A DNA stretch of 64,000 nucleotides from Basidiobolus meristosporus CBS 931.73 (lineage: Eukaryota > Fungi > Basidiobolomycota). The notes beneath the pieces were generated by a model. That model had not been told where the DNA came from and did not search any database. It worked only from the letters and a program-made list of their open reading frames with translations. A program made the translations under genes and the position numbers. This document shows, in pieces, positions 24,210 to 41,370 of this stretch (within the stretch, counting starts at the first letter, position 1; each line of letters opens with the position of its first letter). The DNA is taken from contig MCFE01000149.1 in NCBI GenBank assembly GCA_002104905.1, forward strand, positions 89,404-153,403. Reading direction: 5' to 3'.

Positions 24210-27110
24210 TTAGCGCATGTCTGGATGAGCTGAGCTGAGGTTGGGGATGTACTTACAACCGAGTGAGCCATTACTCAGGGCATTCTCGTGAGGAAGCCAG
24301 ATGTCGTCCTTCGATATATTGGATGTGGGCGTGGAATGCTTCTGTTCCAAGGGGATACTTGAGTATCTTCGGTGTTGGTATGTTGATTGATTGATGGCGG
24401 GATGTTGATACTTGTGTGCATTTAGGCTGGTATACGTATTTCGCCGCTGGGTATTGGGCTCAAATATCGCGCTAGCATCCAGATCAAAGAGGCTATAGCT
24501 TCGGTTATCGCGCTGAGGTCTGGGGTCCGAGATCATCTGCGGCATGCTACTGGACGCTCGTCTAGGGTACATGTCGAATGATCTGTTGGTCGCGAATCCA
24601 ACCGAGTTGAAGAACGTTATCTGCGACGACTCTAGATAGTCTTTTAGGATCTGCTGCGCTCTGGGTAATTTATGCACATCGCGTCGATCGTATTTGAAGC
24701 TAAACGTATAATGGCCAGAGTCATTCAAGGGGTGCATTCCAGGCATCGGGGTGGTTTCGGTGGTTGCTGTGAGCGCGATATTGAAGTCGCATTTGATCTG
24801 CCGTGTGAGCTCCTGGAAGACACTGCTCTCGATAGAATGGGCTAGTGCCGGTGAGGACGGAAGACGCATAAAATACTCCTCCGAAGTCGTCTCCTAATGT
24901 TGACGGGTGATGTCTCAGTACCCATGTCGGTTAGAGGGCTAGAAAACAACTTCTTACCATAGGCAGCTGCTCAAAGCCACCATGATGATAGCCGGAGTCG
25001 TGCCGAGAGTGGGACACCCGGGAGGATGGAGCGGTGCGGGGAGGCACGGCGTTCGCACTGAACCCAGAATCACTGCACCAGTCCATTTCCTTGTTGCTGT
25101 TTTCCACTAGATCCAGGATAGCTTGCTTGAAGTTGAAAAGACTGATGACATTTTTGGCTGGAGTGCGGGCAACGACGTTGTCTCCTGAATCAACTACGGC
25201 TCCAAGTGCAGCAAACTCTTCAGCCGTGGAGAATTTGACGTATACACCGAACTGCTTCATGATTCTTTGGATATTTCTTCCACCTACCCCGATGATGCGC
25301 TTGTGGTACGCCTCCGGCACAAAAAAGGATAATTCCGCCGGCAGCTCCTCCTTTAAGAAATGTCAATTGCCTTCTTGGGAAGTGATGTGACCATACGAAG
25401 TACCTGCAGCAGCTCGATCCCGTTTAGGGTCTTGGAGCATTGGGGGCTGTAGACGTTGATGAAGAAGGTGTGATCGTTGAAATTTTCAAATCCAATCTTG
25501 ACATTCGACATCTTCATGATCTTGTTGACCTTCCCGTTTTTCTTGCCGCTGATGAACTCCCGGTGTTCGGTGGATAGCTCTATCTGTGCCTTGCACTCCT
25601 TTTGGAATAGCTGACATGAGGAGCCGGTGAGCGGGGGAAGATGCTGATGAACCGGCGATGGGGTCTTACCTTGAACGAGAACTCTTTTTCTATCGCCCTG
25701 AACGCGTCCTTAGATGGCTGCGGCTGGCCAAAGATTTCAAAGCAGTGGTTTTGATACTTGATCTCGGCACCGGATGATTTACAGATATTGAAAATGAGTT
25801 CATTGAGCTGGTGTTGGGCGGGAAGTTGGATCGGTTGGCTACTCGGGATATTGCTTTCCAGCCACAGCCAGCCTGAAAACATGTCGCTTGTCTACGAAGC
25901 AAGGATGAGTATGCAATGAGCAAACATTGATGTCAACTCAATTTACCATATGGGTGATTCCGACTATGGTACGTAAAATCTCACGTTCATTCTTGCCATA
26001 TATGGTGACGAATGATTTCTTGGAATTCGCTGGGGGAAAGAGGATGGTTGTACCATTATCCTCCATTACACTCAGTAGGTCCTGGTATTTCAATATGGGA
26101 AGCCAATCTAATTTTCGCGGCTGAAGGGGGTATTGACAAGATACTACATCGGTTTCCTATATCGCACAAGGTAAATACATGGTCCCCTCCAGGCTACGGT
26201 TGGCCAAAAGCACTTACAATTTGCTGCATGGTAGACATTAGCATCTCGACCGCCTTTGCGGTGGCGGATACCTCCCCGACGACCAGGACCTCACTTTTGC
26301 AGCTGTCGAAGGAATGGGTATCTAGCAAACTACCGTAGTGTCGGGGAAGGTAGATATTGGTGTTGGTGGCTTTCTCGATGGTGCGAATGGTCGCGTGTTT
26401 AGCGCCACAGACGATGTTGAGTAGCTGAGGAGAGATCTCGAGCTCTCCCACATGCATTTTCTCCTTTGGAAAAAAATGTCAATAATGTCCACGCTACGAA
26501 AGACTGCTCTACTTGGAATTACCGCCATCGCAGTCAATCGGATCAGCTCGAGGCGAGCTTTTTCCACTTCGGCGGGCCTTCCTTGGATAGTGATGTACAC
26601 TGTGTTTAACTGGGCATTTATGCTGCCCGAACGAGTATCTGTGTCAGGGAAATCGATGATAACGTTTTGTTGTCGCATGATATCTTCTATTTTCTGCTGG
26701 AAAACTGGCTTTACTGCCCCGTCAAGCAGTAAGGTATCCTTACTGATGAACCTATACAAAACGGAGGCCTACATGTATGGTACAGTTAGCATGCCTCTAG
26801 CCAGTGGAGTATCGTGGTCGCTTACCTCTGAAGGGTATTTGTTCAAGATGGATCTTTGTGCAGATATGACTTGGAGAGAGGGCCCGGATAGGAAAACCAC
26901 ATAATGTCGCTGCTTGTGCGGAGACATCGGGCCACCGGAACTGGCGTCAAACCCAGACGACTGGAGTTGGTACGCGCAATAGTTCTCCACAACCTTATCG
27001 CACAGGACATTTAGCTTATTCAACGGCAGCCCGAGAACCTCCACACTGTCGTATGGGGAGATCTTGACTACAGGCTGGGTTAAGCAAAAGGCGAGGCAGG
27101 CCTGATCCAT
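24210..27110 (-). CDS. Multi-exon fungal multi-KH-domain RNA-binding protein (YLL032C/Mug60-like); start and exon limits approximate
   Basis: KH GxxG-type segments IVCGAKHATI, EFISGKKNGKVNKIMK and PEAYHKRIIGVGGRNIQRIMKQFGVYVKFS...DNVVARTPAKN across ORFs 26769-27209, 26322-26759, 26194-26457, 25580-25882, 24931-25320 and 24210-24869. Confidence 0.8.
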
Positions 27111-30100
27111 GGTGTGTCCGGGGGATGAGGGAAGGGGTAATATAGTGGAAATCGCTGATTTAACCTCAACTAAATTTCGAAGGTATTTGAGTGAATAATG
27201 GGATCCCAATCTACAATTGAGAGTGCTAGGAGATTCTAAATTAAGGCGAGAAGTCGATGCACGTAGAGGACATACAGGTACAGGCTAATTGAAGTCGGAA
27301 GGAATTCTATAACCCGAGAAAAAGGATAACTCAACAATGTAAATCTATTGTCCAACTTCATGTGAGCGCGCATCTAGTTAAATAGTGAACATCGTTCCCC
27401 CGCCCATATTGACTCGCCTCTTTTTTTTCATAATGATCGAATTGAATCATGGCGGATGACCTGAACTTTAATATAGATCATATTAAATTGGATCAAGCCT
27501 AACATCAGCAAGTCAGATTTGATAGCCCAATACCGCTCTATAAGCGCTAGAGTGATTTTGATCTTAATTGAAGGGCCCATATATCTTAGTGTATGCGCAT
27601 TAGTAGTCGGCCAGAAACCCGAATCTTAGACTGGTAAGACACTGTCTATTGGATCGAGTCTAAACGCCCAGATCGAAATGGTAAATAACAGGTAAGTCTG
27701 CCCGATTGAAGGTTAGCTCAGAACAGATCCATGGTAATTTCCGCATGCTGGGTAGCTTGCCGCGATAACTGATCGTGTTTGGAGCGCAGAGATGCCATGG
27801 CCTCGTCGCAAGCCAATCAGTCCCGCCCTGATCTAGCAAATGGCGATGTTTTTTCTGAGTCCATTCAACTTACCACATGTATACGGGCGATTATGGCAAT
27901 CTGGGTGTTTGGGCCTAGCCAATGGGGCCGGCGGTCTTAGGGTTAGGGCTCGTAGCAGAAACCACTGTTGACTGAGAAGCAATCGGAGATGCTTGTATAA
28001 AACCTGTTTCTGTGGCTCTGAAATACTGTACACCACATGCACTTGGAGAGTGGTTAGATCAGTATCTCCAGGAATATGAGACATAGTTTCGGGTAATTTC
28101 TTTAATGGGTAAGTTTACCATTGATTAACATGCTCTGTATATTAAAGATCAGGAGCATACCATGGATGGTTGCTTACTGTGTTGCGTGACTGTCATTTGC
28201 AAGCAGGTGAGATTGGTAACTTTTTATTCCTGGACACAGCATTCGATAGTTCAAGATTCGGTCCTCTGCTCACGTGCTAGGCGGTGGAGATACCGGAGGA
28301 CGAAGAGCGGAGCAATAGGTGGAAGTGAGGCAAGATACTGTCTCTAATGAGGGTTTTGCTGCTTACTGTGGATTTGCATGAGCTGATACGGATCCCGTCA
28401 TCATGTGTATATCATTCTCGTCGTATGATGGTCAAGTTCATTGGAATCCCAACTATTTCCTGTACCATGAGGTGCCAGCTGGCTCCCACACACCCTTTCA
28501 AGCCCCACTTGCTATGTAGTCATGAATATTATCCATTGCCCAAATGGTTTGGATCACTACAAGGCAATCTGAGCTCATGCCACCATCACACGTCCCTGGT
28601 ATTCTTGGACAGATGGTAACCCATCTGGCTTTCCAATCACCCTTGCAATTCTGTCGCGATCCTGCTGATGGCTTCCCAGAGCCTTTGTCCGCTAGAGAAC
28701 CAGCTCAAATCACGCCATGGATATGAAATATGCGAGCACTGCTCTCCACCGCCTCCTGAGATGCGCTGCTTCCCTCACTTCAGTGCCGGTGATGTGTCTT
28801 GGAGCTGGCGAGAGTACCTCAGAGTTGGATCTTGACATTGACAGATGGTTTGGAAATGTCAGCCAACCTTGGCGAGCCTACATGACTGTAAGATCTACAT
28901 GAATCCCAAATTTAATTAAAACACCAATATTTGAATCGCATCAAGTGGGGACGGCGCTGACCATCCATCATTAGTCCAGTCATAGCGGGTGCCTCTATCC
29001 AATCACTTGTACTCGTAGGCGGATGGGGTGATGGACGATCGGAGACAGAACCACGACTCCGCCTTGCTCTCCGACAGAAATCGGAGGATCATGTGTTTCT
29101 TAATGGTACGAGGCTACGAAAGCCACCAAGCAATTAGGCAGATAGGCGCCAACGCACTTTGGTGATTCGATGGCATGTCCACCCACCACCAAGTTTCATG
29201 ATGGGAATTGCACGAATTCAGCCATTTCCCGCCAACCGTTTTGGCCGGATTACCCAGGGTTTTAAGTGGGGCAACGCACATGTAGGATTATCCAGTCATT
29301 GAGTGCACATAGCTCTATATTAAATCCAGCCATTTGTGAATTGGGCAATGGTGGGCTCCAGCGAACTTCAATCTGATGGTGTTCGGGTATCATCCACAAG
29401 AGTCTATTGTTTCATAACAAAGGGAAGTGTGACAACAGCCCCTCTCTTGTCCGGATACCATGGTGTGCTATTTGGCGGATCCATTGCATTGCATTTGAGC
29501 ATTGTGCTGGCTCTGTGGTAAATGATAAACATTCCTGTGGATCGTCCCAATCGAATAGCCTGGTCTGCAAGGATCAACTTCGGTGGGCCTTGATGCTCTT
29601 ACTCACCCCTCTCAGAGAGCTGCATCGTGCTGGATGCCATTTGCTCAACACAGGTAGCTTCACAGTCATGAAGCATGTTGCTTTGTCATGGAATCCTGTC
29701 GCTGTGATTTGTTGATGGCATCTATAGCCACATTAAGCCTGATAAGGAATGTCAGATAGCCATACTGTCTATTTATTTCAATCAATGGTTGCTCTTGTTT
29801 CTCGAGGATTTGGGCGCGTTGTTTTGCCACATATATCGAATCACCTCCAAAGATACCCTCACGTGACACCGCTGCCGTTTGGCTCCAAGTCGATATTTGA
29901 AACAGAACACCATTACCGCGCGTAATGAAGCCCGACGGAATGTTATTATCAACATCTGACGTAAAGAGTCCGCTTCTCCTCATGTTTCGCAGATGCTGTC
30001 ATAAGTACCCAGTAAATACCGGGCGTCCCTGGAATGATGGAATGATATCTTTATGCGTATCATTCGATTGGGATTAGATCGGAATATCTCAGGTCTACTG

Positions 30101-30563
30101 GCCTGGTCAGTAAGTGCGATCCATTCGCATTCGCCCCTGGTTACACGTTGAGATCATGACTAATCTGCGTTACGCCAGGGGATCCGCTACGTTCTCTGCC
30201 ACTGCCAAGCACCACTAGGTCACTCGGATGCTAACGGTCTTCGAGCCGATATCTAGAACCGCTCACAGGATCAACATTTCAACCTTAACTTCTGGATGCC
30301 AAGGAATGGAATGCGCAAAAGCCATATATGGCGAATGAATTTCATTGCCAGCCTACGCTGGCACCATAATTTTTCCTGGCTTTCCGATTAAGGCACGGGA
30401 TTTAATGGTCAGTAAACAAGTATTGCCATGATTTCATTCTTGCCGTGGTAGGCCATTTCCTAGGGCTCGAGAAATTGGTGCAACCTTTCTTTCCCTTGTA
30501 CTTTCACCTCTCCTCCGGCCCCAACTCTTTCCCTGCCTCTCCCCTCAGTTCTGCATCCACTCC

Positions 30564-31552
<989 letters not shown>

Positions 31553-32234
31553 CCTGCCGCACGCCACAGCACCGCAGACATCCTCTCATATTCTACTTAA
31601 GCCAATGTGCATCCATCTACCGTCACTGACAACCCAGAGCCATCATTTATCGTCTAACGTCCGTCGTCTCCAGAGTATTTGGAGCAACATTCATCCTCGA
31701 ATCGCATTGGCTCTCTTCATGATACCCGGAATAAACAATGCTTTCTCTAAATGTTGGAGGACAATCAGTCGTCCTATGTAACCAATTCTTCATAATTCCA
31801 TTTTGCATGGCACCAGCAGTGCTGGCTATTAGTCGCAACCCATTCTGTGACTCCTGTGATGTAGTCATACATTCATACGTACAAATGGATCGACCAGCAG
31901 GATATATATGGCTATCCATGGAGTAGGGACCATACGATCCACCCCAACCTTGCCATAACCGGCTAATGGCCCTCCTATATCTTGGCTGCTTTCATCCCTA
32001 TGTGCATTCATTGGATGGCTTAGAGAGTGACGTCAAGTACGATTTGACAGTCTACATTGCTAGATTCCAGAATACAACAGTGATGCAGATGTATAAGCTC
32101 ATGATGATGGCAGTGATGACGATGCGTTAATGGACAGAAGTAGGGTAAAACCAGTTCTTTTGAAAGGGTTAGTTCATCTGATATCCGGGATACTACTGTT
32201 TCCTCCACTGTGACCAACTGCAGGTTCCTTTTAA

Positions 32235-33511
<1,277 letters not shown>

Positions 33512-34158
33512 GCCTGACGCTACGCCCCCGCACTGGCCCCTTTTCAGCATGACAGAGCCTTCCACAGCTCACCTATGAATTCTACAGCAATCCTGCAAGA
33601 ACATATTAGTTCCACCACTCTCGTTATAGGATCAACTCGGTTGGGAGTGAGTTCACTTGATATAGTCTAATACTCATTATAATAAATCAGTTCCACCTGC
33701 CACAACCAACGAGTGATTTGATAATGATATGAGATTTGTACACTTCGATTGGATGGCCGTCCAGCAATAGACTACTCCATCTGGTTACCATGATTTAAGT
33801 CTAATTGACCCTGCACGAGTAATTGGGTTTCTTGGACGACTTGCAACATTTATTCCCTTTGTTAACACTGGCTACGATTTGGCTGTGTTTCAATAAACAT
33901 TTATCGGCTTCCATTTATCCAGACAATCCTGATTCAAAAGTAGAAGAGAGCTCCGGCACTATCTAACGCGGCGTGAGCGCGGTCGAAGCAAGTGATTAGC
34001 ATTGGGTGGCTGGTGCGACAAATGCAGGATAGAACCAAAGAAGCCCCACAAAAGAATAGGTGGCTGGGAAGAACCGGCGCTACCGTTCGGCAAGCAATGT
34101 ATGGGAAATTACCTGAGCTAAGAGGGTGGAGTGTTTGAAAGCAATGTCGCTCATGCGT

Positions 34159-35167
<1,009 letters not shown>

Positions 35168-36935
35168 AATTGAGATTGTCGGAAGAGTCGTCACCAATTA
35201 CAAGAGCTTCGGTTAAGAAAGTAAGAATAGATTAATACAGAGGTTGAAAATTCCTGTAGGAAATAGGCGTGCTAGAGCTGGATTCTGGATCAAGTGTGGC
35301 AACCCCATTGTTATCACTGATTGAACACATGTCCAACAAGATGCCTATGTCTTGACATCGGCATACATGACAAATGGTCATCTGATTAGATTATTGCGTG
35401 GTCTTCATGTAGCAAAACCATAGATGAACAATATTCCGAAGGGTTTAAACTTGGCATCCATTGAATTATGTAAAAGTTGGCAACTGGATGTTATCATTTC
35501 ATACGACAGCATCAAACTTGTGATGATCTCTGAATACGTGCCGATTGCCTCACCTACGATGCTTGCATAAGGCAACTCGATAGTAACCGAGAGGGTGTTG
35601 ATGATCACCCAATGTTTAAGTGGATGTGCAATTTTATCAGATGACATTTGGATCGGTTAGAGTGCGAAGATCGTGGCGAATTGCCTACCAGATGATCCAA
35701 TATATGTACTCTGCACTTTCTGACATCATCCTTCAGAGTTGTCATCTCGTTTAGGAGAGTAGCCAATCAGCCTAGATCTTCAATAGTAGAAGCCCAGCTT
35801 CCAACCGATTTTTAATAGGCCAGTATAAAATTGCCATCCTGTTAAAAGAATTTGTGTTCCATTTATAAAATATTTGACTTATCTATGCATATAGATGCTA
35901 TATCACCAATGCTGGTGTACCTGCTATACCTCCCTCACTACTGGAGGCAAACCTTTTATTGTTGTTCAAGAGCATGGCTTTGATGTTCTGCTGCTTTACA
36001 TCCAGTTGATTACTTGTAGGGAGTATTTGTTTTCTGATACAAAACCTGTCTATAATTATATACTCTGCAGAACCCATCAATATCACCTTCTTGGACCCTG
36101 TATTGGATCTTAAGCCCACTCTTTTGGCATGTCCAACACAAATTGCCTGCAATAGAAATTGTATGCTTGGAATCATTTGTGTACAGAAAGGATTTGATAG
36201 TACAATAAAGTAGTTCAAGAGCCTAAATCTGCACCCTGTTGTATCCAAGAGAAAAGTGTAATAAAACTCTTGAATGGTTTAACTGAACCTAAATGACAAC
36301 CAAGTGCAGAATCTTAGAATTGTCAGAGAGTGGCAGAAATATTAGCAGAGAGGTTCTGGTCTAATATTGGTCTTGTATATAGCTGAGTTGGGCTATAAAG
36401 GCAACAGGGTTGGTTTGCTATGCAAGCTAGGCTTGGTGTTCTTTGGAGTGCTAGATATGCTAGGCTTGGGTAGAAACTAGAATGTAATGGTTGAGTTCTT
36501 AATTTTGCTGAGACACAATCCTAATTTTGTCAAGACACACACCAAACCAAAAGGTTCAGTAAACTTTATCTATATTTTTCTGATCAGGTTGAATTAGTAA
36601 GCACTATGAAACTGGACTAATTGAAATCTGTTGGGGTGTTCATAGGTGCATAAGATAAATAAGAGATTGTATCATTAATCAACAGGTGTCTTGGCAACTG
36701 CTAAGTGGTTGGATAGATCTCAGATGACTGATCACTTGGAAAGGCTTAACAGATCAGTTGAGGATATAATGACCACATGAAAAATGATCAGGTGTGACAG
36801 CTAAAAATAGATTCTGAGAAGTGATAAAATAAACCAAAACTGTGATTAGTTATGTTTGGGTTAGGGAAAGTCAGTTAGGGTACTAGATTTCTAACAAAGC
36901 AAATTTGGTTAGGTTTTAAATGTTGATGCAAAACA

Positions 36936-38870
36936 TAACTACCTCCTGGGAGAGGTGTTTTCTGATATCTTTTGGGTTCCCCTGTGGCTCCAATACTGAT
37001 CAATGATGGCAACATCATCAAAGTTGGTATAAGGTTCTCAGGTGTTGTATTTGGCATTGTAACCTTTCCACTTGACTAAATAAAGGCAATTTGGTTCTTT
37101 TCCATCATGATCCACAATAGCTTCAACTTCATAGGATTCTGAACTAACTGGGTCTTGAGATATAAGCTTCAGTGAAGAAGGTGGAAAGTTGTTAAGTAGC
37201 AGTACTCCAATATTGTCCTGAAGTACATAAGATCCTCCAGTGGTACATCTGGCAGCTTTGAATGGGCCTTCATATTTAGGGTCAAGTATAGATTGTTGGA
37301 TTGGATCCAGTGTCATGACATATGACCCATCTGGGAAGCAGCTGTTCCTGTGTCTTGAGGTTTATGTTGAAGTCATCTTTTACTGTGAGGTCTTACTTCT
37401 GGCACTGATAGCAGGGTAGACAATGCTGGTATGGTACTCAAGTTGGTTCTTTAGCTTGTCTGTATATAACTTTGCTAACTCTGTATTCTGGTAGTCTCCA
37501 AAGTGGTTGTATCTTCTTCCAAACATCAAAAAAAATGGCATTGATTCATGTAGTGCAGCAATTTTGGTGTTGATAGCATACTGTACGGTTGGAATGTACT
37601 TGTCCCAATTCTTTTTGATACCTTTGATAGATTTCCTGATGATGTTCACTGAGGTCTGAACATGTCTTTTGGCAAGTCCATTAGCTTTGGAATGATAGGG
37701 AGTGATCAGACAGTGATCAATGGCACAACTCTGGCAAAGGGCTTTGATCATGTGATCCACAAAATCTGTTCCACTATCCAATTAAATGACCTTGGGGAAT
37801 CCAAATAGGCTTACCATCATCACTAGTGGTGAAAGGTCCAGCTAGATCAATTGCAATATAATCCATAGGAAGGCTTGCATGGATGGGACTCAAAGGGTGA
37901 AATCCATGGTGGCTGATATTGTAAAGTTGACATTTTCTGCAAGACTTGACAAATTCTAGGCAGTCAGCCTTGATATTTGGCCAGTGATATCCATCAGAGT
38001 GTAGCTTCTGCATAAGTGTATCAGCTCCAAAGTGACCAAGTAAAAGACTCCTCTGTATCAATGTTTCTTTTCATCAGCATGTGGGATTTTCCAAGTTGCT
38101 GAATCTAGTGGAGGAATTATTTTGGAAGTTCCAGTGAGCTTAATGATTATGTCAGTAATCACATGTCCCACCCAAGGTGAAGTTAGGAAAAGTCCTTAAA
38201 GGTGGTCAGGCAGGATGCAGTGGATTCCTGGGCAATGAATAACTCTATATTCATAATGTAGTAGAGTATCAAGCTACTTGGAAAGCATTGGAGTCAGAGT
38301 CTTTTCAGTATGGATATAGACAAGGGCTTGGTGGTTGGTGTGCAAGGTAAAAGGGTTACCCCATAAGTACTGATGAAACTTCTTCAAGGCAAAGACTATG
38401 GCAAGTAGCTCCTTCTTGGTGGCAGAGTAGTTTCTCTCAGTAGGTTGTAGGGATCTGGCTTGAAAAGAGATCCAGTGAGGTGGATTTTGGTCTTCATCCT
38501 GGTATAGGACAGACCCTAACCCAACATTGGATGCATCCATAGCAACAACAAAGGTCTTAGTAAAGTCTGGGTAGGATAGGGTGGGTGCTTGTGGGAGCAA
38601 TTGTCAGAGTGACCAAAATGCTTGGTCATGAGCCTTGTTCCAGGCTGAGGGAAGATCAGGACTCTGGTGTAATGCATCCAAAGGTGCACTCAATGAGGAC
38701 ATTATAGGAATGTGTTCCCTGGGATAGTTGAATACTCCAAGATAATGTTGGAGTTGCTTAGCACTAGTGGGTTTTGGCCATTCAGGAATATTGACCAGTT
38801 TGAACAGGTCAAGCTGGTGGCCAGCTGGTGTGACAATGAACCCAAGTAGATTGATTTTGAGGGTTAGGGT
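36936..38870 (-). pseudogene. Gypsy pol remnant: RT C-terminus, RNase H, integrase, chromodomain
   Basis: LLGFIVT...EWPKPTS; PDFTKTFVVAMDASNVGLG...ERNYSATKKELLAIVFAL; GHFG...YHWP...CRKC; IAIDLAGP; TPYHSKANGLAKR; GPFK; YEVEAIVDH...YLVKWKGY. Confidence 0.92.
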
Positions 38871-40264
38871 TGCACAGATCCACCTTTTTGCATTTTAGTT
38901 TTCCATCAGTTGCAGTTTGGATGCGCTTTCTTGAGGGGATCTTCAAAATGGCCACAAAAGAGGTTCTGGGCAACTTTCCATGTACTTTTGGATGTAATAT
39001 TCACTTCAACCCAGTCAGCATCTTGCAAGGTGAGACAGAGAGGCAGAAGTCTAGCCCAGTTGGTGTTGTGGTCTAACTGGTGTGCAGCTAAGACATGACT
39101 AAACTTGTAAAGAAACTCAGTGGAATTATATATGGCATTGGCTTGTTCAGCATAAAGAGGCAAGGATCTTGGGACAACCACCAGAGCAGGTCAAGAGGGA
39201 GATGTAGACCTGGAGAATCCAAAGGCATGACTTCTTGGTGGCTGATGCAAAGCAAGACTTAGCAGATTTTCAATGCTATTAATTACAATGGCAACATTCT
39301 CCAGGGCTTCTTTGGTAATTCCAATTTCATCTTGGTAACTGGAAACAACTTCAAGAAGTTCATTGCTACAATGATTGTCAGATCTTGTCTTGGCAAGCTT
39401 TGTGTGCTCAAGCATTGAAGTGTTTCTTTCATGCATGATGTTTTCAAGCTGTTCAGTTAGTTCTTCCTGATTTCTGCAGGCTTCTTCCAACATGAAAAGA
39501 TTTGGATTGTTTGCTGCTGAGGATATATTGTAAAGCAGTTGAATGTAATGGAATTCAACAAAAAAATGTTCTATCCAAGAGAAAAGTGTAATAAACTCTT
39601 GAATGAGTTAACTGAACCTAAGTGACATCTAAGTGCAGAATCTTAGAAATGTCAGAGAGTGGCAGAAATATTAGCAGAGAAGTTCTACTCCAATATTGGT
39701 CTTTTATATAGCTGAGTTGGGCTATAAAGGCAACAGAGTTGGTTTGCTATGCGTGCAAGGCTTGGTGTTCTTGGGAGTGCTAGATATGCTAAGCTTGTGT
39801 AGAAACTAGAATGTAATGGTTGAGTTCTTAATTTTGCTGAGACACAATCCTAATTTTGTCAAGACACACACCAAACCAAAAGGTTCAGTAAACTTTATCT
39901 ATATTTTTCTGATCAGGTTGAATTAGTAAGCACTATGAAACTGGACTAATTGAAATCTGTTGGGGTGTTCATAGGTGCATAAGATAAATAAGAGATTGTA
40001 TCATTAATCAGCGGATGTCTTGGCAACTGCTTAGTGGTTGGATAGATCTCAGATGACTGATCACTTGGAAAGGCTCAGCAGATCAGTTAAGGATGTAATG
40101 ACAACACGAAAAATGATCAGATGTGACAGCTAAAAATAGATTCTGAGAAGTGATAAAATAAACCACAGCTGGGAATAGTTATGTTTAGGTTAGGGAAAAT
40201 CAGTTAGGGTACTAGATTTCTAACAAAGCAAATTTGGTTAGGTTTTAAATGTTGATTCACAACA

Positions 40265-41370
40265 CCTATCTTTCTGCATTTAATGTATTTGTCATCCGCA
40301 TATGGATTATCAATCTTGGTGTTTTGCTGCTACTTTGAGGTTCTTCCTGACTTGTTTGACTGCTTGGTAATGCCTTTGCATTTGTTAGTGGAACAATAGC
40401 ATCTTCCATGAAGCTCACAATGCTTGGTAATGGTTGACTTCTTCTTGGTAACATGGCTGTACTCTTTTCCAATTGTTGCTCAATCATGAGTGGAGTTGCC
40501 TGAAGCCTGGCTAACAGCTGCAGTTGTGGCAATTGCAAGTGCACATATCTCTGAGATTTTGTCATAAGTATGTGCAGGGTTGCATGCTTTGACAATGAAT
40601 ATATTGCTCTGTAGCTGGTGTGACAAGTTTAAAAGAAAATGAGAAGTAAGCAATGGGTTCTCATCACTAACTCCAGCTAATCTCATTTGTCTCTGGAATC
40701 AATCACCATAGTGTTGCACAGATTCACCTTTTTGCATTTTAGTTTCCCATAAGTCACAGTTAAGTTGTAGTTTCTTGAGGTGATATTCAAAATGGCTGCA
40801 AAAGAGGTTTTGGGCAATTTTCCACATACTATTGGAGGGAATGTTCACTTCAACCCAGTCAGCACCTTGCATGGTGAGACAGAGAGGCAGAAGTCTAGTC
40901 CAATTGGTGTCAGGGCCTAGCTAGCATGCAGCTAAGACATGACTAAACTTGTAAAGAAGCTCAGTAGGATTCATGATGGCATTGGCTCCTTCAGCAAAAA
41001 GAGGCAAGGATCTTGGGACAACCACTGGGACAAGTCTAGAGGGAGATGTAGACCTGGAGAATCCAAAGGCATGACTTCTTGGTGGCTGATGCAGAGCAAG
41101 GCTTGGTGGATTTTCAATGCTATCAGTTACAATGGCAACATTCTCCAGGGCTTCTTTGATAATGCCAATTTCATCTTTGTGATCAGAAATAACTTCAAGA
41201 AGTTCATCTCTACAATGATTGTCAGATCCTGTCTTGGCAAACTTTGTGTGCTCAAGTGTCAAGGTGCTTCTTTCATGCCTGATGTTTTCAAGCTGTTCAG
41301 TCAGTACTTCCTGATTTCTTTGAGCTTCTGCCAACATGGAAAGATCTGGATTGCTTGCTGCTGAGGACAT
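40265..41370 (-). pseudogene. Gag-only internal region between LTRs C and B
   Basis: MSSAASNPDLSMLAEAQRNQ...VPVVVPRSLPLF...LLYKFSHVLAA (paralogous to 38880-39530), continuing to a Cys/His-rich end (CELHGRCYCSTNKC); no pol sequence. Confidence 0.7.

Noticed and set aside
38861-38871. GGGTTAGGGTT at the gypsy internal deletion junction, and GGGTTAGGG within the gypsy LTRs
   Set aside because: Only 9-11 nt; the first reads in frame as RT-adjacent coding sequence (TLTLKINLLGF); chance cannot be excluded.
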